The notes beneath the pieces are model-generated. The model was given only the letters and a program-made list of their open reading frames with translations, was not told the DNA's origin and made no database searches. Shown piece by piece: positions 26,524 to 35,757 of a DNA stretch of 38,590 nt (the first letter of the stretch is position 1; each line of letters starts with the position of its first letter). This DNA comes from Candidatus Poribacteria bacterium (GTDB lineage Bacteria > Poribacteria > WGA-4E > UBA9662), in contig JAYGDX010000059.1 of the NCBI GenBank assembly GCA_046582655.1, forward strand, positions 1 through 38,590. The letters are read 5' to 3'. The translations under genes were made by a program, and so were the position numbers.

Positions 26524-27759
26524 ATGGGTGTTATTGTACAAAAATATGGCGGCACATCTGTTGCAGATTCACAAAAGATTAAGAATGTCGCCAAGCGCAT
26601 AACACAGTCTCACAAAGATGGGAATTCGGTCGTTGTGGTTGTTTCTGCCATGGGCGGTTCAACAGATCAATTAATCAAATTGGCTCATGAAATATCAGAC
26701 AAACCACCGGAGCGTGAACTTGATATGTTGTTATCAACGGGTGAGCAAGTATCCATTGCTTTGCTGGCGATGGCCGTTTCGAAACTCGGTTTTCATGCCA
26801 TTTCGCTCACCGGTAATCAGGTCGGTATTATCACAGACGAATTTTATAGCAATGCCAGAATAAAGAGTATTAATAACGATCGTATCCTTTCTGAACTTGA
26901 TCAAGGCAAAATTGTAATTCTAGCGGGGTTTCAAGGAATTACAATTGACGATGAAATCACGACACTTGGAAGAGGCGCATCCGATACGACAGCGGTTGCG
27001 GTTGCGGCTAGTTTGAATGCTGACCGATGCGAAATTTATACAGATGTTGATGGCGTTTACACCTCCGATCCACGTGTAGTTAAGGGTGCTAGGAAACTTG
27101 ACCAAATTACTTATGACGAGATGTTAGAGATGGCAGGACTTGGTACGAAGGTTCTACACTCACGGTGTGTTGAATTGGCAAAAAAGTTTGAAGTGCCGCT
27201 CTCTGTTAGATCAAGTTTTCATAAAGGAGAAGGGACAATCATTGTCAAGGAGAGCAAAATTATGGAAGAGGTAGTTGTTAGCGGAGTCACATCGGACAAG
27301 GATCAAGCAAAAGTTTCCTTGATTGGCTTACCTGATACTCCCGGAATGGCCGCTGAAATTTTTCAAGCACTTGCTGACGCGAGTATCAACATTGATATGA
27401 TTATTCAGAACGCAAGTCAGGATGGAACCGCTGATCTTTCGTTTACCACCGCTGAGAAGGATCTGGATAAAACTGTTGAGATCGTATCAAGGATCAAGGA
27501 AAAAGTGGGTTTTAATAGTGTAAATGGGGACTTTAATATCGCAAAAGTATCGGTTATCGGTATTGGGATGAAAAGTCATGTTGGTATTGCCTCAAAAACA
27601 TTTCGTGTACTAGCCGATGCAGGAATCAATATTCAAATGATTAGCACATCAGAAATAAAAATATCTTGCGTAATCAAAGAAGATCAGACTGAGAACGCAG
27701 TGCAGGTTATCCACGACGTATTTGAATTAGGGCATGTTGATAACAAAGTTTCCAATTAA
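26524..27759 (+). CDS. lysC: Aspartate kinase (alpha chain)
   Basis: VQKYGGTSV, VVVSAMG, AGFQG, TTLGRGASDTTA, IYTDVDGVY, and two ACT domains ending STSEIKIS. Confidence 0.97.
   Translation: MGVIVQKYGGTSVADSQKIKNVAKRITQSHKDGNSVVVVVSAMGGSTDQLIKLAHEISDKPPERELDMLLSTGEQVSIALLAMAVSKLGFHAISLTGNQVGIITDEFYSNARIKSINNDRILSELDQGKIVILAGFQGITIDDEITTLGRGASDTTAVAVAASLNADRCEIYTDVDGVYTSDPRVVKGARKLDQITYDEMLEMAGLGTKVLHSRCVELAKKFEVPLSVRSSFHKGEGTIIVKESKIMEEVVVSGVTSDKDQAKVSLIGLPDTPGMAAEIFQALADASINIDMIIQNASQDGTADLSFTTAEKDLDKTVEIVSRIKEKVGFNSVNGDFNIAKVSVIGIGMKSHVGIASKTFRVLADAGINIQMISTSEIKISCVIKEDQTENAVQVIHDVFELGHVDNKVSN
27262..27759 (+). CDS. Putative aspartate kinase beta subunit from a nested in-frame start (165 aa)
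   Basis: AAGGAG at 27247-27252, 9 nt before the in-frame ATG (Met247, MEEVVVSGV), at the start of the ACT region. Confidence 0.65.
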   Translation: MEEVVVSGVTSDKDQAKVSLIGLPDTPGMAAEIFQALADASINIDMIIQNASQDGTADLSFTTAEKDLDKTVEIVSRIKEKVGFNSVNGDFNIAKVSVIGIGMKSHVGIASKTFRVLADAGINIQMISTSEIKISCVIKEDQTENAVQVIHDVFELGHVDNKVSN

Positions 27760-28255
27760 TCAAATTCAAAGTGGAGAATCCAAACCTTATCAGTTTGGAG
27801 TAAATGCCACAGAAGTTGGGTTTACTCCGGAGGATTTTTTTGAGCATATGTTAGTATTTACTGCACCCGTTGAAGTAGAGGTTGAAATCTCGCGTATGCA
27901 GGAAAATATCAGCGTTATTGGAAGCATTAACGTGGGTATTGAAGTTGAATGTCGACGTTGCGGTGAGCCCTTTCAAATGGGAATTACAACTAACCTTGAT
28001 GTAAAATTTTTTCCTGAAAAAACTGGAAAAACCAATCCCTTTCTGGAGACCTACGGCGAGCGTTATTATGCCGGAAATGAGATAGATTTGACCGAAGACA
28101 TACATCAAGCAGTTCTATTAGAAATCCCTAATTGGCCCGTTTCAGACGTGCCCTGTGACCCACAGAGTTTAAACATGAAAACATCCTCAGGGGAGGACAC
28201 AGAAGAAATAGAATCTCCGTTCGCAAAGCTTATAACATTGAATCTAAGAGATTAA
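27734..28255 (+). CDS. yceD: YceD/DUF177 family protein
   Basis: CRRC, IDLxEDI...LLEIP and terminal SPFAKL; located immediately upstream of rpmF. Confidence 0.85.
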   Translation: MLITKFPINQIQSGESKPYQFGVNATEVGFTPEDFFEHMLVFTAPVEVEVEISRMQENISVIGSINVGIEVECRRCGEPFQMGITTNLDVKFFPEKTGKTNPFLETYGERYYAGNEIDLTEDIHQAVLLEIPNWPVSDVPCDPQSLNMKTSSGEDTEEIESPFAKLITLNLRD

Positions 28256-28283
28256 CCCAAATTAAAAAAAGGATAAACTAAAA

Positions 28284-28478
28284 ATGGCACATCCCAAGCG
28301 AAGAAAATCATATTCAAAAAAAATGATGGGCAGAAGCCACCATGCTCTAAAACAAAAGCCATTTGCCGAATGCACAAATTGTGGTGAAATTGCTCGCCCG
28401 CATCACGTCTGTCAGTCTTGTGGTTATTACAATGGGCGACAGATTCTGGAAATCAGGACAGATGAAGTTTCAGAATAG
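28284..28478 (+). CDS. rpmF: 50S ribosomal protein L32 (four-Cys form)
   Basis: MAHPKRRKS..., CTNC...PHHVCQSCGYYNG. Confidence 0.97.
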   Translation: MAHPKRRKSYSKKMMGRSHHALKQKPFAECTNCGEIARPHHVCQSCGYYNGRQILEIRTDEVSE

Positions 28479-28494
28479 CTGAAGGAAATTAATC

Positions 28495-29478
28495 ATGAGA
28501 TCAGCAGCGCTTATTGGAACCGGTTCGTACCTCCCAGATAATGTCTTAACTAACTTTGATCTTGAAAAAATGGTGGATACCAGTAACGAATGGATAATGA
28601 AAAGAACTGGTATTTCTGAAAGACGCATTGCCGACAAGGAAATGGCAACATCTGATCTTAGTATTCACGCAGCACGTCGAGCAATAAAAAGTGCGGAAAT
28701 CGATCCGCTGGAAATCGATATGATTATCGTTAGTACCTCGACGCCCGACTCAGCATTTCCATCAACTGCATGTTCTGTCCAGAATGGAATTGGGGCTAAA
28801 AACTCATATGGTTTTGATCTCGCGGCGGCGTGTTCAGGCTTTGTTTATGGGCTTGATCTTGCCGACGGAATGATAAAAAGTTCGCGTTATGATACCATAT
28901 TAGTCGTTGGTGCCGAGATCTTTAGCAGGATTATTGACTGGGAGGACAAATCAACCTGCGTTCTATTTGGTGACGCGGCTGGAGCAGCTATCATACAGGT
29001 ATCAGAGGAACCAGGTATTATCGCCTCATATTGTGGTGCTGACGGTGCTTATGCGGATGCTGATTTACTTGGTGTTCCAGCGGGAGGATCTCGTATGCCA
29101 GCAAGCGCTACAACTGTAGATCTAAAACTGCATACCATCAAAATGAGGGGACAAGAAGTGTTTAAACTTGGTGTGCGTATTATGCCGGAAGCAGCTCAAA
29201 AAGTTTTGGACACTGCGGGTATTTCGATTGATCAAGTCGATTTGGTTATTCCACATCAGGCAAACAGCCGGATTATTGAAGCTGTCGGTGATCGGATCGG
29301 AATAGATCCTGAAAAGATATATGTCAACGTTAATCAATACGGGAATACTTCTGCGGCTTCAGTGATCGTTGCGCTTGATGAAGCCATTCGTGAAGAACAT
29401 GCAAAAGTCGGAGACTTAATTCTTCTTACTGTATTTGGTGCTGGACTGACTTGGGGTAGTACACTCATTCGGCTATGA
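28495..29478 (+). CDS. fabH: Beta-ketoacyl-ACP synthase III
   Basis: GTGSYLP, RTGI, catalytic AACSGF, LFGD, PHQAN, GNTSAAS. Confidence 0.97.
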   Translation: MRSAALIGTGSYLPDNVLTNFDLEKMVDTSNEWIMKRTGISERRIADKEMATSDLSIHAARRAIKSAEIDPLEIDMIIVSTSTPDSAFPSTACSVQNGIGAKNSYGFDLAAACSGFVYGLDLADGMIKSSRYDTILVVGAEIFSRIIDWEDKSTCVLFGDAAGAAIIQVSEEPGIIASYCGADGAYADADLLGVPAGGSRMPASATTVDLKLHTIKMRGQEVFKLGVRIMPEAAQKVLDTAGISIDQVDLVIPHQANSRIIEAVGDRIGIDPEKIYVNVNQYGNTSAASVIVALDEAIREEHAKVGDLILLTVFGAGLTWGSTLIRL

Positions 29479-30407
29479 CAGATCCGGCCTTTATTTTTCC
29501 AGGGCAAGGTACACAAAAAGTTGGGATGGGGTTTGATCTCTCGACCCACTTTTCAGAAGCACGTGCCGTTTTTGAAGAAGCAAATTCGATACTTAATTGG
29601 GATTTAAGTCATTTATGCTTCAACGGCCCGATTGAGGATTTAACACGGACTGAAAACACGCAATTGGCGATCCTGACATGTAGTGTCGCCTCACTACGAG
29701 TTGTGCAAAGTTTTGGAATATCAGCAAAAGTGGTAGCGGGACATAGCTTGGGAGAATATGCCGCGCTGGTTGCTGCGGAGGTTATTGATTTTGGTTCTGC
29801 TTTGAAATTGGTCCAATTTCGGTCCAAATTTATGGCAAAATCTGCTGCTAAGACTTCTGGTGGGATGGCAGCAATTATTGGACTTGAGGATAGAAAGATT
29901 GAGCAAATTTGCGACCAAATAGATGGTATTATCAGTATTGCAAATTTTAATTCTCCTGGGCAACGCATTGTTTCCGGAGAAACTGCCTCAATTGAGAAAT
30001 CAATTCCGCTAGCGAAGTCTGCTGGTGCCAAACGGATAATTCCATTAGCAGTCAGTGGGGCATTCCACTCTGACTTAATGATGTCGGCGCAAAAACAATT
30101 CGGATCTGTCATTTCTGGCTATGTGTTTGATGACCCCAAGATAGATTTTGTTGCTAACGTAACAGGTGATTTTGTCAAAACTGGCGAGGAGATAAAAAGA
30201 CTGCTTACACAACAAATTACTAATCCTGTCCTATGGGAGAAGTCAATCCAGCTTATGAAGGAAGAGGGAATATCTCATTTTATTGAAGTGGGACCAGGGC
30301 TCGTCTTGTCTGGCCTCGTTCGTCGAATTGAAAATGATTGTACTTGCTTTAATGTTGAGGATATGAAAAGTCTTGAACAAACTCTTGATGGAACTAATGC
30401 CGCATGA
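29475..30407 (+). CDS. fabD: Malonyl-CoA:ACP transacylase
   Basis: FPGQG, GHSLGEY, VSGAFHS, EVGPG; ATGA overlap with fabH. Confidence 0.97.
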   Translation: MTDPAFIFPGQGTQKVGMGFDLSTHFSEARAVFEEANSILNWDLSHLCFNGPIEDLTRTENTQLAILTCSVASLRVVQSFGISAKVVAGHSLGEYAALVAAEVIDFGSALKLVQFRSKFMAKSAAKTSGGMAAIIGLEDRKIEQICDQIDGIISIANFNSPGQRIVSGETASIEKSIPLAKSAGAKRIIPLAVSGAFHSDLMMSAQKQFGSVISGYVFDDPKIDFVANVTGDFVKTGEEIKRLLTQQITNPVLWEKSIQLMKEEGISHFIEVGPGLVLSGLVRRIENDCTCFNVEDMKSLEQTLDGTNAA

Positions 30408-31144
30408 GTCTTGACGGAAAGGTTGCCATCATTACCGGGGCATCCCGCGGTATTGGTAAAGCGATTGCCCACTCTTTTTGTCAGGCAGGCGCACACATTA
30501 TGATCTGCTCACGTTCAGCAAACTCAATCAATCAAACAGCAGAAACTTTGGTCAGCCAAGGATATAGCGCGCTTGGAATTCAAGCTGATGTCTCAAGTAA
30601 GTCTGATGTAGAAGTGCTTGTCGAAAAAACACTTTCGGAATTTGGGCAAGTTGATATTCTCATCAATAATGCGGGTATCACACGTGACACATTATTGATG
30701 AGAATGAAAGATGATGACTGGGAAACAGTCATACAAACTAATTTAACTGGCGCAGCCTACTGTACACGAGCAGTAATCCGATCTATGATTCGACAAAAGG
30801 AAGGATGTATTATCAATATATCTTCCATTGTTGGTATCGTTGGTAATGCTGGCCAAGCAAACTACGCTGCTGCCAAGGCAGGGATGATTGGCTTGACAAA
30901 ATCGGTGGCCAAAGAGGTAGCTAATCGTGGAATCAGAGTTAACGCAATCGCACCCGGTTTTATCACTACTGATATGACAGCAGAATTCTCTGAAGAAAAT
31001 CGTCAGAAAATCCTTGATCTTATTCCTATGAGATCGTTCGGCTCTGTAGAGGATGTGGCTGAAGTTTCCAAGTTTCTTGCTTCTTCCTCCGCTCAGTATA
31101 TCACCGGGCAAGTTATACAGGTTGATGGGGGGATGGGAATGTGA
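30404..31144 (+). CDS. fabG: 3-oxoacyl-ACP reductase
   Basis: TGASRGIG, NNAGITRD, GNAGQANYAAAK, PGFI; ATGA overlap with fabD. Confidence 0.97.
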   Translation: MSLDGKVAIITGASRGIGKAIAHSFCQAGAHIMICSRSANSINQTAETLVSQGYSALGIQADVSSKSDVEVLVEKTLSEFGQVDILINNAGITRDTLLMRMKDDDWETVIQTNLTGAAYCTRAVIRSMIRQKEGCIINISSIVGIVGNAGQANYAAAKAGMIGLTKSVAKEVANRGIRVNAIAPGFITTDMTAEFSEENRQKILDLIPMRSFGSVEDVAEVSKFLASSSAQYITGQVIQVDGGMGM

Positions 31145-31250
31145 AATTTCTCTACGCAGAAATATTCGATTCTTTAACATATGAACCAAAAAATGAGAAC
31201 CTAGTTCTCAATAAATTAATAACTACCAAGCAAAATATTTGGAGCAAAAT

Positions 31251-31484
31251 ATGGCAGTTGATCAAGCAAAAGTCATTAAATTAATCGTTGAACAACTAGA
31301 TGCTGATAGCAACAGCATTTCATTAGAAGATTCTTTTATGGATGATCTAGGGGCAGATTCTCTGGACACAGTCGAATTAATTATGGCCTTTGAAGAAGAA
31401 TTCGACATTGAAATTCCAGATGAGGATGCTGAAAATATTAGAACTGTTGGTGATGTCATCAAATATCTGGGAGATAAATTATAA
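31251..31484 (+). CDS. acpP: Acyl carrier protein
   Basis: [20 protein letters not shown] with the phosphopantetheine Ser. GGAG at 31241-31244 supports the ATG at 31251 over the TTG at 31239. Confidence 0.97.
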   Translation: MAVDQAKVIKLIVEQLDADSNSISLEDSFMDDLGADSLDTVELIMAFEEEFDIEIPDEDAENIRTVGDVIKYLGDKL

Positions 31485-31563
31485 AGTATCGCTTATCTTT
31501 GCCTGATAAACATTCCCAAAATAGTTCTAGGACTGATTGATACTCAATCGTAAGGTGAAAAAC

Positions 31564-32805
31564 TTGAGACGAGTTGTTGTTACTGGTATAGGAGTGATTA
31601 CTTCTATAGGAAATTCTAAAGACGATTTTTGGGATGGAGTTTTGTCTGGTAAAAACGGTATTGATTATGTTACGCGTTTTGATACAACTGAATTCCGATC
31701 TCAAGTTGGTGGAGAGGTGAAAGGATTTGATGGTGAGAAGTTTATCTCCCGTAAGGAAGCATCACGTCTTCCATTGTTTATTCAGTATGCAATTGCAGGA
31801 GCTGTTATGGCTCGTGAGGATGCTGATATAAACCTAGATAGTATAGATCCATATAGAGTTGGTGTTGGCATTGGTTCTGGGATAGGCGGAATCTGTGTGA
31901 TGGAAGAAAATGCCCGTGCGCTTACTCTGAAAGGGCCTAAACGAGTAAGTCCATTCTTTGTCCCTTACGAAATTATTAATATGGCTTCCGGGCGTGTTTC
32001 CATGCTGATGAACGCCAAGGGACCAAACTTTGCGTCAGTAACAGCTTGTGCCACATCAAACAACGCAATTGGTGAAGCATATAGACTTATACAGCAAAGC
32101 CATGCCGATGTTATGTTTACAGGTGGCACAGAAGCCGCAATTACGCCGCTTGGTTATGCTGGATTTGACTCAATGCGAGCTATGTCAACTCGGAATGATG
32201 ACCCTAAACACGCCAGTCGGCCTTTTGATAAAGAGCGTGATGGATTTGTTATGGGTGAAGGATCAGGCGTTGTCATCTTGGAATCGCTAGAGCACGCACA
32301 AAAACGAAACGCCAAGATTTATGTTGAAATTGTTGGATGTGGTATGACGGCTGATGCTTATGATATGGTACATCCACGTAATGATGGTGAAGGGGCTTCT
32401 AAAGCAATGGAGTTTGCGCTGGAGGGAGCGAAGCTAAACTTGGAGGATGTTGATTATATAAACGCCCATGGAACTTCAACACCGGCTGGCGACTTGGCCG
32501 AGACATCAGCAATTAAAAGATTATTTAACGATTACGCTTACAGAATCCCCGTGAGTTCGACCAAATCAATGACGGGGCATTTGCTTGGAGCCGCAGGCGC
32601 AATTGAACTCATTGCTTGCATTGGCGCAATAGAGAATAGCTATCTTCCGCCAACAATTAACCTTGAGATTCCAGATCTAGAATGCGACCTAGACTATGTT
32701 CCCAATGAAGGTCGTTCTGCGGAACTCAACGTTGTGCTATCCAACTCATTTGGATTTGGTGGGCATAATACTTCCATTGTTTTGAAAAAGTATGGTGAGA
32801 CCTAA
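31564..32805 (+). CDS. fabF: Beta-ketoacyl-ACP synthase II
   Basis: [45 protein letters not shown] at 31564 follows AAGGTG; alternative starts are 31555 and 31537. Confidence 0.96.
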   Translation: MRRVVVTGIGVITSIGNSKDDFWDGVLSGKNGIDYVTRFDTTEFRSQVGGEVKGFDGEKFISRKEASRLPLFIQYAIAGAVMAREDADINLDSIDPYRVGVGIGSGIGGICVMEENARALTLKGPKRVSPFFVPYEIINMASGRVSMLMNAKGPNFASVTACATSNNAIGEAYRLIQQSHADVMFTGGTEAAITPLGYAGFDSMRAMSTRNDDPKHASRPFDKERDGFVMGEGSGVVILESLEHAQKRNAKIYVEIVGCGMTADAYDMVHPRNDGEGASKAMEFALEGAKLNLEDVDYINAHGTSTPAGDLAETSAIKRLFNDYAYRIPVSSTKSMTGHLLGAAGAIELIACIGAIENSYLPPTINLEIPDLECDLDYVPNEGRSAELNVVLSNSFGFGGHNTSIVLKKYGET

Positions 32806-33280
32806 CCAAGAACCTGTTTATATCGGTTTAGGGTCAAATGTCGGTGATCGACAACTTCATATTGATCATGCATTAGACCTGCTTGCGGAAATAGTAACTA
32901 TCCGAATGATCTCATCGATCTACGAAACTGATCCTGTTGGCTATAAGATGCAAGCTCCGTTTTTGAATGGTGTTGTTGAAATTCGGACGATGATTTCCCC
33001 ACATGACCTGTTTAGAAAATTGCAGGAGATAGAAATAGAGGTCGGGCGTCAGCCACGTTTTCGTTGGGGACCACGTGAGATTGATTTAGATATCCTCATA
33101 TATGGCGACCGGATCATCGATACCCCCAATTTGACTATTCCTCACCCAGAAATACATCAACGCGGTTTTGTATTGATCCCTTTGTGTGAAATCGCGGCCA
33201 ACATTATTCATCCAGTTCTGCAAAAAGAGATTCAACATTTCAGATGCTCAGAGCCTATGCAGATTAAGCGTGTAGGGTAG
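32792..33280 (+). CDS. folK: 2-amino-4-hydroxy-6-hydroxymethyldihydropteridine diphosphokinase
   Basis: [32 protein letters not shown]; 14-nt overlap with fabF. Confidence 0.96.
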   Translation: MVRPNQEPVYIGLGSNVGDRQLHIDHALDLLAEIVTIRMISSIYETDPVGYKMQAPFLNGVVEIRTMISPHDLFRKLQEIEIEVGRQPRFRWGPREIDLDILIYGDRIIDTPNLTIPHPEIHQRGFVLIPLCEIAANIIHPVLQKEIQHFRCSEPMQIKRVG

Positions 33281-33303
33281 CTCTAAACAGGAAAGCTATT
33301 TGA

Positions 33304-34773
33304 CTACTTTAATAACACCATTTGCTTCACTTGACTGCGGTTATTTACTTCTAGCCGATAAAAATAGATTCCACTTGATAACAGATCCCCATTCGCATCT
33401 CTACCGTTCCAAAATGCTGCACCACCTGGTGTAACATAAAATCCTGATTCTCTGATCCCCAAATAGATCTGGGTTATCATGGTTCCATCCATCCGGTAGA
33501 TCGTGATATTCGCGTTAGATCTACAATTAATATAGTAAGGAATCCATGTTTCTGGATTAAAAGGGTTTGGATAATTTTGGAAGATCGTTGATTCGGTTTG
33601 TTTTATCTGACCGAGAAGAACAGGTTTCCTGTTTTCTAGCTCAACTTTATTCAGATTAGTGCTGGTAATACGGTAAACAGCGTTACCATAATCGTCGGAA
33701 ACCAGCATGGACCCATCTGGCATGATAAGTAAATCAACTGGGCGTCCCCACCGACTGCCGTCTTCCCTCAACCATCCATCAGCAAAAACTTCGTAAGAGA
33801 CCGCTTTCCCCTCCTCCAACCGGACCAGTGTAATTCGGTATCCAATTGGTATAGTACGATTCCAAGAGCCGTGTTCGGCAATAAAAATCTGGCCTTTGTA
33901 TTCTGCAGGAAACATTGTTCCACTATAAAAACGCATGCCGAGAGCGGCAACGTGAGGTCCCAATTCCATAGCGGGTTGTACCAGATCATCGAGATCTCTT
34001 TTTCCCCCAAATTCGGGATCCAGTATATTTTTCCCGTGAAGATAGGGAAATCCAAAATGCAACCCTTCTTGGGGAGCGTAATTCAATTCATCCGGCGGAA
34101 TGTTATTACCTAGCATGTCCCGTCCGTTATCGGTAAACCATAGCTCTTTTGTTTCCGGATGCCAATCGAAACCAACTGTGTTTCGTACACCACGTGCAAA
34201 AATCTCAAGTCCTGATCCATCCGGTTGCATCCGCATAATTGAAGCGTAACGTTGGTCCTTACGCTCGCATACGTTACAGGGTGCACCAACTGGTACATAC
34301 AATCGATTATCTGGACCAAATCGAATGAATTTCCAACCGTGGTGAAGATCTGTTGGAAATTCATCATTCACTACGACGGGATTGGGCGGGTTTCGCAGGC
34401 GATTTTCTATTTCATCATACCTGAGAACGCGATTGACCTCAGCAACATAGAGGTTGCCATTCCTGAAGGCAACACCGTTTGGCATATTCAAATTACGGGC
34501 GATGACAATGACCTCATCAGCCTGATAGTCTTGATTGGTATCAGGAATCGCATAAACATTTCCAGTTTGGCGTGTGCCAACAAATAAAATACCATTTGGA
34601 CTTAATGTCATCGATCGGGCGTTGGTCACGTTGTCCGCGTAGATACTAATTTCGAAACCATCAGGTAGATGAACTAAATCAATTGGGAGTTTGGCTGAAT
34701 CGCTAAGACAGATCAAGAAAAACAAGGATAATACAAAGAATGGTAACCCAAAATTCTGAATAGTTGCCTTCAT
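33304..34773 (-). CDS. Secreted PQQ-dependent glucose/sorbosone dehydrogenase family protein with C-terminal NYPNPFNP domain
   Basis: LPDGFEI, HGWKFIRFGPD, GAPCNVC, GVRNTVGFDW, TDNGRD, EHGSWNR, GRPVD, SDD. Hydrophobic signal-like N-terminus from the ATG at 34773, just after the upstream stop (the ORF track start of 34821 overlaps the neighbour). Confidence 0.88.
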   Translation of the reverse strand: MKATIQNFGLPFFVLSLFFLICLSDSAKLPIDLVHLPDGFEISIYADNVTNARSMTLSPNGILFVGTRQTGNVYAIPDTNQDYQADEVIVIARNLNMPNGVAFRNGNLYVAEVNRVLRYDEIENRLRNPPNPVVVNDEFPTDLHHGWKFIRFGPDNRLYVPVGAPCNVCERKDQRYASIMRMQPDGSGLEIFARGVRNTVGFDWHPETKELWFTDNGRDMLGNNIPPDELNYAPQEGLHFGFPYLHGKNILDPEFGGKRDLDDLVQPAMELGPHVAALGMRFYSGTMFPAEYKGQIFIAEHGSWNRTIPIGYRITLVRLEEGKAVSYEVFADGWLREDGSRWGRPVDLLIMPDGSMLVSDDYGNAVYRITSTNLNKVELENRKPVLLGQIKQTESTIFQNYPNPFNPETWIPYYINCRSNANITIYRMDGTMITQIYLGIRESGFYVTPGGAAFWNGRDANGDLLSSGIYFYRLEVNNRSQVKQMVLLK

Positions 34774-34780
34774 ATCCAAT

Positions 34781-35548
34781 TTAACCATACAAATCATCAA
34801 GGTTGCACGCTGCAAGTTCAATCAGGAAACCTGCTATCTTCTCGGTTAGAACACGGAGGTATACTTCACCCTTTTCTGCTTTCGATTTCGCTGGATTACC
34901 AATGCCAGTATCAGCCGTTGCTTTGCTCCACTCTCGCTGAGCCCATACCCAACCCTGACGCAGGCCTTCAAGTTTGAATCGGTTTTCCACGCCGTCTCCA
35001 GCCTCAGATAAAGATTGTACCAAGTGAGGTGTGATAAACAGCATGTTGCTTGTCTCCATTTCTCCAGCATGGTCTCCCGGTTCATTGAAAAACTCGTCTG
35101 TATCGATAACCTGATACCAACTTAATGTACTGATCAGCATATGAGAATAATCAGGTTGGATCTCACGGATCATCTGTTTAAAATCGTTTCCTCCATGCCC
35201 ATTCATGACAACCATTTTAGATATGCCTTGTTGGGAAAGAGAATCGACGATGTCACGAAGTACTGCTGCCTGCGTACTTGGATTCATATTAATATCAAGC
35301 TTAATGTCAAGTTGTCCAGTATTGACACCAAACGGAACAGTTGGTAGAACTATAACCTTCGATTTTTTCTCCCATGCGAGCCGCGCTGATTCGGCAGCTA
35401 TATAATCACATTGAATTACGTCGGTCGAATATGGAAGATGATAATTATGGGCTTCCGTCGCACCCCAGGGAAGCAGGGCAACTTCATAATCGTTGTCTTT
35501 TGCTGTTTTCCAGGTGATCTCTGCTAAGATGTATGGTCGATCGGACAT
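34781..35548 (-). CDS. Creatininase / creatinine amidohydrolase family protein
   Basis: LPWGATEAHNYHLP..TD, NGHGGN, DHAGEMETS. Confidence 0.9.
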   Translation of the reverse strand: MSDRPYILAEITWKTAKDNDYEVALLPWGATEAHNYHLPYSTDVIQCDYIAAESARLAWEKKSKVIVLPTVPFGVNTGQLDIKLDINMNPSTQAAVLRDIVDSLSQQGISKMVVMNGHGGNDFKQMIREIQPDYSHMLISTLSWYQVIDTDEFFNEPGDHAGEMETSNMLFITPHLVQSLSEAGDGVENRFKLEGLRQGWVWAQREWSKATADTGIGNPAKSKAEKGEVYLRVLTEKIAGFLIELAACNLDDLYG

Positions 35549-35686
35549 CTTCTCCCCTAATTTAGTCTTTGAAAACCAATTACTTCAGTTGCAAATCTAC
35601 AATCGGATCTAGATCTGTTTTCTGGCCACAGTTAATTATTGATTATGCTGATCCTTTCGTATAATATGCTAAGATTCAAGAATCCT

Positions 35687-35716
35687 ATTATATACGGATT
35701 CGTACCACTAGATCAA
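35687..35716 (-). promoter_or_regulatory. Putative promoter for the creatininase-dehydrogenase pair
   Basis: On the minus strand, TTGATC (35716-35711), 18 bp, TATAAT (35692-35687). Confidence 0.4.
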
Positions 35717-35757
35717 GCGCCAATAAAATTAACAAAAACTTGTACCAAAGGTAGTAA

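Noticed and set aside
29609..31189. Minus-strand ORFs of 167 and 148 aa over fabD/fabG
   Set aside because: Antisense to well-supported conserved genes, with no recognisable protein features.
34774..34821. Longer N-terminus for the dehydrogenase as given in the ORF track
   Set aside because: It overlaps the creatininase 3' end, and the ATG at 34773 gives a more normal signal peptide.
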